This document shows positions 45,312-60,299 of a DNA stretch of 64,000 nucleotides, one piece after another. The notes beneath the pieces were generated by a model. The model made no database searches and was not told where the DNA came from. It saw nothing but the letters and a program-made list of their open reading frames with translations. Origin of the DNA: Eledone cirrhosa (lineage: Eukaryota). The translations under genes were made by a program, and so were the position numbers. The stretch covers positions 194,308,001 through 194,372,000 of the forward strand of contig OZ024743.1 in assembly GCA_964016885.1 (NCBI GenBank), written 5' to 3'. Every line of letters starts with the position of its first letter. The stretch's first letter is position 1.

Positions 45312-47496
45312 TTATTTTTTTTCAGAGTTTGTATATATAAAGAAATCTATGATGTTTAAAGATGTAAACAGATATCCATCACTGAACCCTAGATTAACCA
45401 TCCCAGAAAAAGAAAGAAAGAAGTTGGGCTGGGTGTAGATCGGTGAATTGACAGAGTCATTAGAAGGTCAAATAGAATGTTTTGAGGAAATCGTTCTAGC
45501 TATGATAACTTTCCCTTTCGTCGATAAAATAAGTACCAGTCCAGTGTTTGGATCGATTTTTCCTTCATATATCTACCTCATTTTCTTTCAGTCACTCTGT
45601 CTCTAGAATAAATTTGATGTGTTAAGACATAATGAGGGATGGTCTCCACCAGGTTTGAAATGTTAAAGACAAGCTATATGTCAGTACGGTGCCCCTACGA
45701 ATTCAACGGGGATTTCACGTCCATATATATGCTGCTTCTGGCTGGATTTGCGACCGGTACGTAGTATTAGCAATTGGAAAGACCACTGGAACATTATTCC
45801 CTCGGTCCGATTTAATGAGCGCCACCCATCTCATTAAGTGAATTAGGTTTGGGTTCTGTTATATCTGTATAGTATGTAATTTATTGAAAGTTAGATTTTG
45901 CTTCTTCAAAATTGCTGAAACTTTCTTGATGGTGACGAGAATCTGTAGCTTTATATCTACCTCATCCAGTGGAACGGCAGTGCAGACCGCCGAGTAAAAG
46001 CTTTTCAGTTGTACTTCCTTCTTTTCTAATCTGTACTTTCTTTTTCAAAAGGTTTGAGTGCGATTTGAAAGTGATATGGCTGCGATATTCACCACGTCGA
46101 GCATATATGGAGAAACTCCGTCGTTGGCTTGTGTCAAACTTGTACGAGTAGGCGTTGTGTATCTTACAGTATTTCTATGAAATAATAAAATTTGGTTCTA
46201 TTTAAGTTTAGGAGTTACATTAAAACACAATTATATATTTGGCCTATACGCATTTCATATTGAATATGCTGTTTCACTTCTTTTCGACTTTTTATCGTTG
46301 AATGTAAAGATAATTAGATTATATTTAGAATCCTTGTGGATAGAAATTGCCGCATAAGCGAATATATAGATATAAGTACGAATACAATAATAGGATAAAC
46401 AACAACGTTGTAAAACATTTAATTGAATTATTGTAATAATTATATTAACATTACTTTTTGTTGGAAATATTGAACTTAGGGACAGTAATAATGGTTTCTA
46501 TTTTAGGCACAAGCCACACACGCACACACGCATGCACATATTTGCACACGCACACACACACTAGACTTGTCAACACTCCCTGTCTGACGTGAACATCTCC
46601 CACAAGTCTGGGATGGGCGAGAGATGTCTTCTCTTGTGAAAATGGGTATAACTTTCATTATGTAAAATCTCCCCATTTTGCCTTATTTCTCCCCGTTTTG
46701 GGACACTCTTTTTTCCATGGTACTCCGTTTTGTGTTTTTTGAGGTTAGCAGGTCTGTACACACTTACAGACAGACAGACACATACACACATGTATATACC
46801 TGGTGGCTCTCGATTCGTAATTGAGTATGACACCTAATTTGCACCTCCTTCTTTCGTTCCCCTTAATGATCCAATGACTTACCATTATGGGTTCTGAAGT
46901 TGACGAATACGAAGGCGAATACGACAAAACTAAGACTCTGATGGCATTTCAACGTAACATCCAGTAACACAAGTGATCGATCTGATACGATTGCTTGCAC
47001 CTACACCACATCTTCCGCATGTTTTCACACCTCTGGAAACTCTATAAGTCTCACTGGTTTATTTTGGAAGACGTACCTGACATCCAGATCGACGCAACGA
47101 AAATCTCGCTTTCTGTTTGTGGTTCCGGGAAGTCTCAGTTATGTATTACGCTAGTACTAAGAAAAGCTAGCTGGGGCGAAGAGGTGGGGTGGTGGTCAAA
47201 CATACTAATGCATAACATTTTATAGGGACAAAAGCTAGTGTATCATTAAATATTCGGAGTCGGTAAACCAGGAACAAGTAAGATAGCCAGAAATTACAAA
47301 CCATTGTTTTTCACCCTGAAAATTACCCTCATCTCCAAGCAAGCTCAAGCCTTTATACACACACACACAAACACATATATATATATAAATATATATATAT
47401 ATATCTACACACATATATATATATATATATGCATGAATGCATGCACCCCCACAACCTTTCTACTCACATCCACACACACACACTTGCACACACACA

Positions 47497-47569
<73 letters not shown>

Positions 47570-47570
47570 G

Positions 47571-47611
<41 letters not shown>

Positions 47612-47707
47612 ATGCTGTTCATATTATGTATAGTATATGTTGTTTGTCGTATATGGCGACTATATATTTAAAGAAAACTAATAATCTATGTTCTGAAAAT
47701 ATGAATT

Positions 47708-48588
47708 ACTAGCAGCAGTACCCATCGTTGCCTGGGTAGGTAAAATAATATCTGCTTTGATGAAAAGGTGTTGATCTTCGCGACTGCGAGTTTCTTGAAA
47801 ATCAGTCGTAAGGTGTAGCCAATGGCGAAATGTTGAGTGAAATTGTATGGAATATGTGGGAGGTGGAAAAATCGTATTTTGAAGAGTTAAACGGCTGCCA
47901 CGCCGTCCCTGAATAAAAAATGCAAAGTGTAAAGCTACTATAAGATGTGCAATGATAGGTTTGATCGTAGTATAAGAGTTGAACCAAATAAATTGATTTA
48001 TGTGTGAGGTGGAGCCGAAGTTTCGAATTTGAACGAAATTGGTTGAAAAATGTGGGAGCTAATGATAGGTTCTATCGTAGCATAAAAGTTGAACCAAATA
48101 AATTGATTTATGTGTGAGGTGGAGCCGAAGTTTCGAATTTCAACGAAATCAATTGAAAAATTTGGGAGCTAGAGCCGAAAAGGCGGAAATTTCAGCGAAA
48201 AGGTGGTATTTTCGAATATTTAAGCGGCTGCCACGCCGTTCCTGAACAAACAATCCAAAATATAAAACCATTACAGGATGTGCAATCATCAATTCTATTT
48301 TGCTTTAAAATTTGAACGAAATCGGTGGCAAACTGTGGGAGCTAGAGCAAGAAATCTTATTTTTCGATACCTAAAAAAAGGTAACCACTCTATCGATTTT
48401 TGTCTGCAGAATGACCCCGGAATAAAAAAAAAAAAACGATACGCTGATATATAGAAAACACTCCCCGATGACTAATCTATGAGCCTGTAAAGTTTCATGA
48501 AAATCGGTCGTAAGATGTAGGCCCCTATAGGTAATACACAGACACACAGACACCCACACACATACTTAATTTTATATTTATACAGATT
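47708..48588 (+). mobile_element. Helitron/Helentron-type non-autonomous element (probable)
   Basis: 5' end ACTAGCAG..CCCATCGTTGCCTGGG hairpin; internal ~108 bp tandem duplication (47953-48170); 3' end AAGTTTCATGAAAATCGG..ACAGAC..TTTTATATTTATACAGAT. Confidence 0.55.
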
Positions 48589-49629
48589 ATGTTAGCTACA
48601 CAAGTATAATGAAATGAGATTTACAGCTCACACCTATGCAGGTTTAACTAATCTCATATGAAGTTGCAATAGTTTAGGTATTTTATTTTTAGAGTAGATT
48701 TAACTGGTCTCACGTGTGGTTGCATCTCATTAGTGGTGTATTAGATGCTTTAATTATATGGTCCCTAACTCTCTCTCACAAAAAAGAAAGATGAAATTGA
48801 AATGAAGTGATTTTCTCAGGAGCACAATGTGCTGCGTTGTCCAGGAATCGAGCCCACGATCGGCAGTTAACAACCTAGCTATTTAGCCATGCCCCTTCAC
48901 AAGCTATATATAAGAAGGAAAACAACTGTATCATACCCCAAGATTTTACTCAATAATTAAAAGACCCGTATATTAACATAATATTCAATATTGCAAAAAG
49001 GAATTAATAAAAAAAAAAAAACGACTAAAATTAGGAAAGAAAAAAACAAAAAAAAGACCATAAACAACATTTTTAAAAACTCAATTTCGTTTTCCTCAGA
49101 TAATGTTAGGGGAAAGCAGAAAACTAATATTGTCGCTAACTCAAAAATCTAAAGAGAAAAAAAAAATATTTCCAAGAAAATTGACTCCTATAGAATATAA
49201 TTTTTCTTGATGTTTGCTTTGAAATAATAATTGGATCTAATTTGTTTCAGCTAACAACAAAGGCTAATCACATATATATCATGAAGAAATCTTGAACAAA
49301 GTTAGTGCTAGTTTTAATTTCTGATACTCCCCACTCTTCACCTCGCAAGAGAATTCCCCCTATTCCGGTGGGTGAGGATCTCATTGAATATTCTTTGTGA
49401 TATCTTAGCTTCAATTTTAATTGGCAGTGGGTTCTAATCCAATAATTGCTCACGCTAATTACTCTATCACTACATCGAAAGGAAACTGTCAACATAGTGA
49501 GTAACTTTGCCTCAATAACTAACTCGTTCAATCAATACACACGCAGTGTATCATTCCAAGTCTGTCATTGCTGAAAAGCTGCTCTAATGTGTTTAGATTT
49601 TACACTGAAATTGTATTTCGTTTGAGGGA

Positions 49630-49918
49630 TCTCCGTCAGTTCCCATGATGGGCGATCTAGGTGTTCAAACAACGGAACAATCTTCTCGAGTAATTGACGT
49701 GTAAATGGTTGAGTATTCCACAGACATGTGTACCTTTAACGTAGTTCTCATGGAGATTCTGCACGAGACGGTATTCGACAAGGCTGACCTTTTGAATTAG
49801 CAAAACGGACTAGGTCAACGAGGAATAAAGGTCTTGCTCAGCGACACAACGAGCCGCCGGGAATCGAGTTCACAGCCTTACGCTCGTATGCTGAACATAC
49901 TAACCACTAAGTCTTCAC
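49630..49918 (-). mobile_element. S2-related SINE
   Basis: Reverse-complement similarity to 63526-63845. Confidence 0.65.
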
Positions 49919-49941
49919 ATATTGAAATTATCACATTATTG

Positions 49942-50135
49942 TAATAATTGTTTCTACTTTTGGCACAAGGCCAGCAATTATTCCAGTGCATTACTGGTAC
50001 TTTATTTTATCGACTCCGTAAGGATGAAAGGCAAAGATAACCTCGGCGGGATTTGAACTCAGAATGGCAAGGGCCGTAATTCTATGCGTCAAAGCATGGT
50101 GCCCGACCCTCTACCGATGCTGCCAATCCACTGCC
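49942..50135 (-). mobile_element. Full-length S1 SINE
   Basis: Consensus match. Confidence 0.88.
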
Positions 50136-52115
50136 AATATTATTGGAATAATTTTAGATCTTTGGACTATTGAAAAGCATAGTGTGTCACTGTTATATTT
50201 ACTTATGTCTCTTTACGTTGGGAGTTCGAATCCAACCGCAGTCGACTTTGTCCCTGCATCAGCCATGAGGAAGGTGGAAAGGTATTGATAGTGCTCTGGG
50301 GACTGGATTGATTCGATTACTCTATTACATAAATATAAATATGTAATAGACCTCCGTCAGTTTCGACGATGGGTATTCAAGTTGTCCAATTAACGGCATA
50401 CAGCATATGGTAAGGCTGGCCATTACAATTAATGGTACTGTCCCGACATATGGGTTTCAAACAGTTTCCATTTCCCCAATTTCACTCACAAAAGATACGA
50501 CGCTGTGGGTACCTAAAGTTTGCGAACAGAACTCCTTAAACAAACAAACACATATCTATACACACACACATACACGCTCAGATACACACGTGTGTATGTG
50601 TGAGAGTGAGTGTGTGTATTATTTATATGAGATCGGTGGATCCACGAGAAATGTATTGTGGCTGCTTCTATTTATCGGAAAACCATGCCGCTAAATATTA
50701 GTGTCGTTAGGGGTCAGAATGAATACCTCGGTATTTGTTCCTGTTCCCTGCGCATTGAATTCCATTCCCATCGTGGTTAACATTGCGTTTGGCGGAATTG
50801 TTAGAGTCGAACAAGTACTGAAAGGCATTTTATTTGACTATGTCAGAACGTGTCAATCTCTCGTTTTATACATACCTATCATCATTATGATTCCTACATG
50901 CGATATTCAATTAGCAACCAATGGTTTCATGAACTAACAAATCATACGGAACTGCAAGCTATTTAGATTAGTCTATCTCCAGAATAATGTGCATTAAAAT
51001 GCATACTTGCACACACACACACATATATAGACACGCACATCACATACACACAAGCACACACTTACACACATATATACATATGTATGTATATATATATATT
51101 TACGTGTGTGTGTTTGTTTTTGTATGTGGGAAGTTTTCTATCTTCATTGAACAATACTACATCAATATAAATAAATGCAAACAAAACCAAAATATATAAA
51201 AATGCCATAATTATCGATTATAGTGTTTAGTTAACTTATGTTAGTCACTCTAAATGCTAGCAAAGCACATATCTAAGAAGCATTAGTAAAGTTGACGGTA
51301 ACGCTGTCAGAAAACTTCTCTTTCCCTGTCACCTAATACAAAACGTCCCAAGGTTAAATGGTGCAATCTATTGATGCAGAAAAAATTGTGGAAAGGATAT
51401 ACTTTCTTTCATTGTTCATGCCAACTAAAAGAACAATAGTCTTTTAGTATTAAAGCGATTTTACCAGACATGCAACGTTTACTCACTTTGGACGTCAAAC
51501 AATACATTCATCCCACAAAAAAATAACATTTAATTGTTTTTTTGTTTTGTTATTTTCAACGAATTTACTTTGTGTCTATAATTCCATTTACATATAGATT
51601 TATTGAAAATAAAATAATGTTTATATACAAAAGAGAAAGGAGATAAACTTGGTTGAAATTATACAAAAGAGAAAGGAGATAAACTTGGTATACGTCTTTT
51701 TGTTTATATAGTAAAGCCCTGAATTTCTTTTTAACTGCATGAATAGTATTCGTAGCTTTTGTATGTTTCAGCACCTGAATATATAACGTGTACGATGCAT
51801 ATACAATGTATATAATACAAAATATAAAGTGATTCGCCATTACAATACTACAATATTACAATACTACAGCAATATAAAAATAAGTATATCTAAGTAGTCA
51901 CTGATACGCTTCAATGATTTTCTGCTTGATTTTACGCTTCAATGATTTTCTGAATGAGTCAATGTTCGATTTAGGACAAAATCTAGCTTAATTAATATAT
52001 GTATGGCTAGATATTTGTAAAATTATTGTGAAACAGGATATGATATGCAAAAATCTATAATTATGATCAATATAATGATTATGAATTCTATTCCTTGCTT
52101 GAAATAATACAATTG

Positions 52116-52330
52116 CGATTACAAGCGGCCGAAATTGGGTTCCTCAGAACGGTTTTTGGAGTAACGTTACTCGATAGAAGGCGTAGCTCGGAGCTCACAG
52201 GGTCATTCCAGTTACAGCGGCTACTTCTCCAAATTGAGAGATCACTTCTCCGATAATATGGGCATGTGACTAGAATGTCTCAGGAAAGAATCGCTGGACA
52301 GATTTTACGGGCAAAAACCAACCGAAAGGA
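52116..52330 (+). mobile_element. RTE-clade LINE ORF2 C-terminal fragment
   Basis: RLQAAEIGFLRTVFGVTLLDRRRSSE..IERSLLR*YGHVTRM is typical of the RTE post-RT region. Confidence 0.75.
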
Positions 52331-52715
52331 ATACTTTAGTTGAATAAAATAGAAAACAAATGAATTTCAGTGCGATATATTAATACACAAAAATAACTTA
52401 AACTTAACAACACGTAAAAAATAAACTTCTACACAACATTCCCCGCTATAAGGATCCATATTCAATGCAAAAATGTGTTTTAGGCGCAGGTATAGTTGTC
52501 TGGTTAATGCATTTGCTTAGTAACGACGTTGTTCAAGATTGATTCCGTGGGACATTCTGCAAGTGCCTTTTACTCTAACTGCAGCCAGCCAAATGTGTTG
52601 TGAATGAAATTTGATAGACACAACTGTAAAGAAGCTCATATTTCAGTGACCACCATAGGAACATCAGACTTTCTCATACACCATGTATAATCATTTTTCC
52701 ATTACCATTGTAAGG

Positions 52716-52800
52716 GGTCTGACGAGCCGCAGATTACAGAGTCGAGCTTGATCGGTACAGATCGAACCTTGAGCTGATCAGTGGCGAAACGCGCGTCACC
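52716..52800 (+). ncRNA. Type-I HHR with long stem II (singleton)
   Basis: GGT-CTGACGA-GCCGC..GTGGC-GAAA-C GCGC G-TC^ACC. GUC triplet, palindromic ACGCGCGT, and AATAAA just downstream. Confidence 0.82.
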
Positions 52801-52966
52801 AACCAATAAACGTAATGAAGGAGTAACTAATCGTCCTTGTTTTATTTTATTTTACAATAATACACTCTGTCTAGCTCTACACCTCGACACAGAAGTGAAA
52901 CTAATCATCGAGTGGTCACCCGTGTGAACTTACATAACTCCATGTTACACTCCCTGGATATACATA

Positions 52967-53058
<92 letters not shown>

Positions 53059-53523
53059 GTGTGTTTGTGTGTGTGTGTGTAGCCATCTATGTGTTAATGT
53101 TCCGCAACTTAGTGCTTCAACAAAGGGATTTCTATAAAATAAATTACGATCTACTAAAATTCTCAGGGTTGTGATCCATGACAAACGCACGTAAAAGTTA
53201 AAATAATAAAATATTTGAAAATTACATATACACAGCTCTCATTCATAAGTGATAGAATGAAAGCGCTACTGATTTTATAGGGACCGACCTTGTCATCATT
53301 TTTTAAAACCTCTTGAAATCTATTGAGATTACTCAAATATCATTTTTAAATATTGACATTCTAAACATCTGCTTCCTTAAATCCTCCTAATCTGTTAAAT
53401 AATAGTTGTAGACTTTTGTTATGACAAATAGGTGGAGATTTATAAACACCTATTTTGACTCAACACAATGTGTAAATATTTAATTAAGTAAATGCGTAAT
53501 TAAATTTCCAAATATGTTTATAG

Positions 53524-53863
53524 GAAGAAAGGTTATTCATCGTAATTTATGGATTTTCTATCTTATATAATCGGTGAAGTTATTTTTCCACCGAGAATTG
53601 TTGAAGATAAATTATGGTTTAATTATCCCGCAGAAAGTATAGGAGAACATAAAATCACAAAAGCCGAATATTCCTGAATTTGGTTTATGGGGTATCCGTT
53701 GTGAAAGACAATTTTAGTAGAACAATTAAAGCGAGAATGTTCACATATGGGAATGTTAGAAATATTACGTATTCAACGTCAAGGATATGAAGCATTTAAA
53801 CTCAAGTATATCAAAGACAAATATATTAGTGATGATGAAATCGATCTTGACCAAAGATGGCCG
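53524..53863 (+). pseudogene. Possible decayed exon of an unidentified protein
   Basis: Bounded by AG..GT. One frame of ~113 codons with 3 stops and protein-like composition. Confidence 0.3.
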
Positions 53864-54216
53864 GTAATCATTAATGAATTCAAGTAGTAAAGCTTCAGAT
53901 TGTCTGCTTCAACATCCCAGTTATTTCAACTGGTGCTAAATAAAGCAATAACAACAAGGATAATTTAAATGGCAATTATGATGAACAATTGCAGATATAC
54001 ATGCATTGTTCTCTTCCGAAGCTATGAAACATACTAGAACTTTCCTAAAAGGCTAAGCGCAGCAAATCGAATTATTTGGTTATTCACAAAGAATAACCTG
54101 TTTTGTTACAAGTAGTAACAAGAAAATGATCTTAATTAAAGAAAAAAGTGTCAACCTTTTAAAACGGGTTACAGAAATCTGAAATTAAAACTAATGTCAA
54201 TATATATGATACAATG

Positions 54217-54430
54217 AGGGCGGTAGATTGACAGTATCAGTAGAACGTCAGAAAAACGCTTTGCGGCATAAAGTTACGGTGCTTTACATTCTGATCGTAA
54301 ATACCACCGAGGTCAACTTTGTCCTTCATCATTCAGAGGTAGATAATATAAAGGATCAATCAAGTAATGGGGTCAATTTATTCGGTATTCCTTCCTCCAA
54401 ATTGCTGGCCGCGTGCCTAAATTATAAATC
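54217..54430 (+). mobile_element. Diverged S1 SINE
   Basis: Head and body recognisable. Confidence 0.65.
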
Positions 54431-54858
54431 AATATACCTGATAAATCGAAATGGAAGTTTTTATTTATTTTCTTTATTTCACTTGGGCTATGGAAGTTAG
54501 CTAAACATAAGCAGCATCGTTATTTTACCTCTTTTATGCTTCAACTCAACATGTGAGTGGATATTGCTTGTCAATATATAGTCTATTATGTTGCTTTGAA
54601 AAATATCATATTCTATTTAGCTATATAGATATGATTTTTAAAGCGCAATGTATAAACGAGTGTTGATTCATCAAATCAGACAATATGAGACGTAAATATA
54701 GTTGCAGATTGTGTATCATTTTCGTATTATGTTCTTAATCAGCTACATATAAAGTGTCTGCTGGCTATATTAAAAATATATAATCCGTTATAAGCGTCTA
54801 TGATGAAGTAAACAACTGTCTATAAGAATAAAGACATAGTACGTAGAGTTTCACTTGT

Positions 54859-54990
54859 TACGAAGACCGGCTGGAAAGTTCATAGGCCTAGCAAGATATT
54901 CTCATGGAATGTGACTAAATGAAGTTTCTCTTTCAACATAGTCCCCCATGCGGTCCACACTTTTTCCAACGATGGATCCCATTGGGAAAA
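54859..54990. mobile_element. Mariner terminal fragment
   Basis: Homologous to 57810-57950; begins TACGA. Confidence 0.6.
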
Positions 54991-55473
54991 AAGCCTTCAG
55001 GGTGTGTGTAAAAAATTCATCAATAACAGATCATCATTAAATTTGATTTCAGAAACAGCTTCCAGCCAACCTACACAGACACTATCCAAATATATAACAA
55101 CTCTTTGCGAAAGATATAAACGATAGGGGATGCCTTTTCCGCATCCCTGTAATCAGTTACTTACTATGTAAATAACTCCAGTAAATTACACATATTTCGT
55201 ATCTTCAGATAAGTACAGATTTATCCTTCTACCTTCTAAGACATTTACTTACACTACAAATCTACATCACTTGCATAATCGAATAGTTTAGTAATAACGT
55301 AGTGAAATATACAGCAGACAAAATTTGTTTCTATTCCGGAGTGGAGAACATCAAATCTCAACAATTATTTCATAAATTAGAAATATATATGATTATGCGA
55401 AATCATTATAGGATACCAGCAATAGGACAATGAAATGTTTGCACTGCCCGTTCAAAATAGTAAGTTGTTATGA

Positions 55474-55546
55474 GGCCCCTTAGCTCAATGGTTGGAGCAC
55501 TCAGCTGGTATCTAAGATATACGGGGTACGATCCATTGTAGCGGCT
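55474..55546 (+). pseudogene. Degenerate tRNA-like sequence (pseudo-tRNA or SINE head)
   Basis: GGCC..TAGCTCAATGGTTGGAGC D-arm and GGGTACGATCC T-arm variant; acceptor stem is poor. Confidence 0.4.
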
Positions 55547-57809
55547 GCTTACAACTTCGTTTTCCATTTCAAAGGGTCTTTATCCTATCCTAATGTATAA
55601 GCTATTTATAGCAACAAACTGTACTTATAATTATTTTCTGCGCCTGAGTATATTTCATTTTCAACAAACTTCATATATTCTCTCGGCACTTCGTAAATTC
55701 GAACGTTTGAGCTTCTCATACGTTGTTTGTTTAAAACATAAATATTGTGTTTAATATTTCTCTTTAATTTGAACACATCCTTATAATGGACAAGTCCAGG
55801 AAAATTTAGGGTTAGGTTTATATTTTGTAACTTAAGTGTGAATCCCCCTGAAGATAATCAATTTCAAATTGAATTTATGTAGAATGACTGAGAGAAAATG
55901 GCCAGAGATGCCTTCTACATGAGAAACATATAGTAAAATGGCTGCTAATGTTCGTATATGATATATCAAAGGATTTTTGATTCATTAAAATTAGACCCAA
56001 TGTCAAAAGAAACAATTATTAGTTTAATGAGGAATTCTGGTAAAAAGGACAGAAAAACAAAACATAGGCGAGGAGGTGGAATTTAAATCATTTAAGATTG
56101 AGAAAATATACAGAATTGGAATGGAATTGAAATAGATGTTTTTTTTATTCAAAAGTTTATTACTGCATATACTACGAGAATTACATTCAATTAAGTTTTT
56201 ATATATATACACACATATATATATATATATATATATACAGACATAAACAGGAACACAAACACACATATGCACCCCCCCCCCCTACACATATTATATTTTG
56301 TGTTTTTCCTATTAATAATATTTGGCTATTTTGATCCTCGGAATTCTGATGGGAGGGACTATTATAGACAATGATGTTGATTGATAAAATAAGTTCAAAC
56401 ATTTAATTTCATTATTACGAAGATTTATAGTTGAACTATGCAGTCTTTGAAAGTGATTTTCCAAGAATATTTAACAATATATCAATCTATTTCCTTGATT
56501 TATTTTCTCTTGGTTTTTGTTAATAGTTAATACAAATTGTTTCCCGCTAATCAATAAACGTGTGATTTTAAACTCAGATTTAAGTTTGGAGACTATCTGC
56601 CTGTGTTCATTAATATAATAGCGATGCACTGGAATAGCTCAAAATGCAAAAGATAACTGCCAAAGCTCCCTCAAGGTAAATTATTTGTCTTTAAAGGCAT
56701 GATATGCGTGAACTAATCTGGTTCTAGATAATACATCCTGAAAAAATGAAACCGGTCATAAACGGGTTTGCTCAGTGTAAACTGAACTAGGTTGAAAACA
56801 ACAATAATCTTATCTTTAAATGGTACATTTTATGTGTTTGCCAAACTATACGCCATTTTGAAATACAATAAACTGAACTTTATGTATATTCATTAAACAC
56901 CTCGCTAAAAATATCAAATAATAAAAGATCTCTTTTCGGACAAGATCAATTAGCAAGCAATATTCAAATTACTAAGACTGAAAGAGTTACAGTATAATTA
57001 AAATCTTCAAATGTTATATTATAAGAGAAAGATTTTAATAAAGTACTACGCAATGTTATTTGATTAAAATTGTTTTTTCCAAATTAGAAATATGCAGGCA
57101 AGTCGTATTGATCAGTCTAAGCAAATAAGTCGATAACCATGGATAGTCCAATATACTATATTCAATTCCCTAATTTTAACAGAACTCTTCATGAAGCTGG
57201 GAAATGAATTGATATATTAATCAATAACGTTTCTAATTAAACGCTGAGATGACCAAAGAAATTCTTCCTGAATTTAATATAATTCTTTCGTACATATATG
57301 TGGTGGGAGAATATTTTTTTATTTCGAAAAACAAAAGGAATATGAGAGGCTGTGACGTTCATACTTTTTTACAGCTATGTTATAAGATATAACCTAAAAG
57401 AGTTGAGAAAGTTATCCATTACATGATTTGCGTAAAAGTTACCATCATGTTACATGACAATAAATATAATATTAATATTAAATGTGGATTTACCTCGCGG
57501 TAAACCTGTTTTTTAATAACATTTAATGCAAAATCACGAACACAAATATATTAATATATGTAATAAAAAGTATGAAGGTGTAACAAATTTTAATATTTAT
57601 CCACCGAAATATCATTGTGGTTGCTGTTTTTGTTGATGATACCACACCTGTTATGTAGTCCTATGATGAAAAACATTCTAATTGTGGTTATCCTGTAACT
57701 TTTGGGGTTATCGAAGGTTTGATTGCTTTATTTCAAGATAGAAAGATTTGATTTCAGGAAGATTAGCAGCTTTATCCAACAATTAGTTATAGTATGTAGT
57801 TTCCCTTGT

Positions 57810-58420
57810 TACGAGGGCCGGCTGAAATGCTTTAGGCTGACCAAGATACGCTCATGGCATGTGACCAAATGAAGTTTATTTTTCAACATAGTCTCTTTTG
57901 CGGTCCACACACTTCTTCCATCGGTGGTGCAGTGCTTCGATCACATTGGTAAAGAAGGTTTCACCCTTTTGGACAGAAAAGTCATCATCACTGCGATACT
58001 GGTTCCCATCTTGAGGAACAGATGATAGTCAGATGAGGACAAATCAAACGGATAGGGAGGGTAATCAACCTGATCAGAGCCACAGTCACACAGCAGCCAT
58101 TGAAACGAAGGACTTGTGGGCTCAAACATTGTCCTGACGAAACAAGGCGTGTTTCGTCAGTTTTCCTGGGCGTTTGGTCTTGATAAACTTTCGTAGCAGC
58201 TCCGCAAGTTGGCATAGTACTTTCCATTGATATTGTGGGCCTTTCGAAGATAGTCAATAAGCTGAAGCCATTACCTTCCTTACAGATGAAATGATCTTTG
58301 CCTTTTTGGAGCAGGTGCGGAGGAGTGTTTCCACTCTTTGTTTCTGGTTCAAAGTGAAGAACCCAATACTCATCCTGGGATTTGTAAGAAACGTTCATGA
58401 AAACAAGGTGGATCTGTCTC
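57810..58420 (-). mobile_element. Degenerate mariner transposon 3' part
   Basis: Frameshifted peptides DEYWVLHFEPETK and YPPYPFDLSSSDYHLF (mariner DExW and YSPDLAPxD motifs); TA-flanked terminus at 57810. Confidence 0.8.
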
Positions 58421-58816
58421 AAACAATGTCAGAGATGTATGCGCCATATGTATGTCTAATTCGAAACGACAACTAAGCGTTACTCAGTCAATAATCACAA
58501 CGACCTTGTTCATATGTTTAGTTCTCTATTTCGAATGAGAGCTACTTTTTATATTTTGTTGTATTAATCTCTCACCATGGCCCTTCACCGTATGCTTTAC
58601 ATTGAATATTTCGTGTCTCTATTTCTGTAAAGAATAGAATAAAAAAGAGCGATAAATAGGCTGCCCTTCTACAGAAAGGAAAAGGAAAGAAAAATGAAAT
58701 GACCTGGCAAGTAAATAACATGACAACACCATAAAATAAAACAAGAAAGTGCTAAAAATATATATCAAGATAAAGCACTGCACGAGAGTATGACTATAAG
58801 AATCTCGACAGTAGAA

Positions 58817-59009
58817 ATAATTGTTTCTACTTTTGGCACAAGGCCAGCAATTAACCAGTGCATTACTGGTACTTTATTTTATCGACCCCGTAAGGATGAA
58901 AGGCAAAGTTAACCTCGGCGGGATTTGAACTCAAACCATAAAGGGGCGTAACTCTTTGCTGCAAAGCATAGCGTCAGACCCTCTACCGATACTGCCAATC
59001 CACCGCCCT
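58817..59009 (-). mobile_element. Full-length S1 SINE with probable target-site duplication
   Basis: Consensus match. CGACAGTAGAAATAAT at 58806 recurs at 59038, and AGAAATAAT at 59011. Confidence 0.88.
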
Positions 59010-59118
59010 TAGAAATAATGACTACTAAAGTAGTCTACGACAGTAGAAATAATGACTACTAAAACACACACAAGCGCACGCACACACACACACACGCACA
59101 CACGCACCCATAGGCACA

Positions 59119-59176
<58 letters not shown>

Positions 59177-60299
59177 TACATACACACACACGGAGGTGGT
59201 GTGAGAAAAAAGTTTACTGAGCTTTTCGTAAAAGAATCGGTGGAAATTGAGTTAGCTGTATTTTCTTTAGAGAATCTTCTTTCATTTTCTTATTATTTTT
59301 GGTAGATCAGCTACAGTAAGCAAGCAAGCCGTCTTCATTAATAAGGCACATAATGAAGTTTGTGAGGTGTGAAAGACGAACGGAAGAAGCGGGTAGGCTT
59401 TTTTGGGAAAATTATGAAGTGGAAGCCAAAAGAAAAAAAGAAAACATTATAAATATCATTTGTCTAATGGCAAGATACAAAATGTAGAAAAAATAATTAG
59501 GCGTGAAGAAATATTATTTTGAGAAAGGTCGAAAGCAAGAGATTAATAAGATAACACTGAAGGAGGCAATGGTGAAGAGATATAATCGTAGAATGTTTTG
59601 CTTAAGGGAAGTAATTACACGAATATTGCTTTGTTTCACGTGGCATCCGTGTGGCTACATTCAATAGTTACTTTGCCTTACTAATTGGGACATTTCTGTT
59701 AGTAATGATTTTTAGCTAATTAAATCTTTCCATATCGAGTGCAGCATTTAAACAATTCTTTTTTCTTTCTCTCGCTATCCACATTTCTTAAATATAAATA
59801 ACAATCAATTCTGCTTCTATCCATGTTTTTATTATTGATTGGAATAGTTACAACAGCGTATCATACAGTAAGGTGTATTCATTGAAATCCTTTTCGTTAC
59901 CGTCATACGCTACTAAATTTGCAATAAAAATATCGACATTGTGCAATGTTATAATTAACAAGAGGCAATATTAATAAACAACAATATCAAACACACTATC
60001 GATTAAAATGTTTTTTAGAAATGAATCTTCTGCATGAAACGCTCTATATTTCAACAGGTCATCAATAGTGATTTATAGAACAAGGAAATGTGTTTCGTTA
60101 TTAAATCTCTAGAGGAGAGGAAAAATATGTAAATATATCAAGTTAAATTCATTGAATAAAAAATAGGAAAAATATATGTAGAAGCAAATATGTAGATGCA
60201 AATATGTAGAAGAGTACCATGATTCCTCGTGTTCTAGTTGATTTATATGTGTTCGCCTCGAAATACATTAATTACGAGTATAATCAAGACACAGAACCA

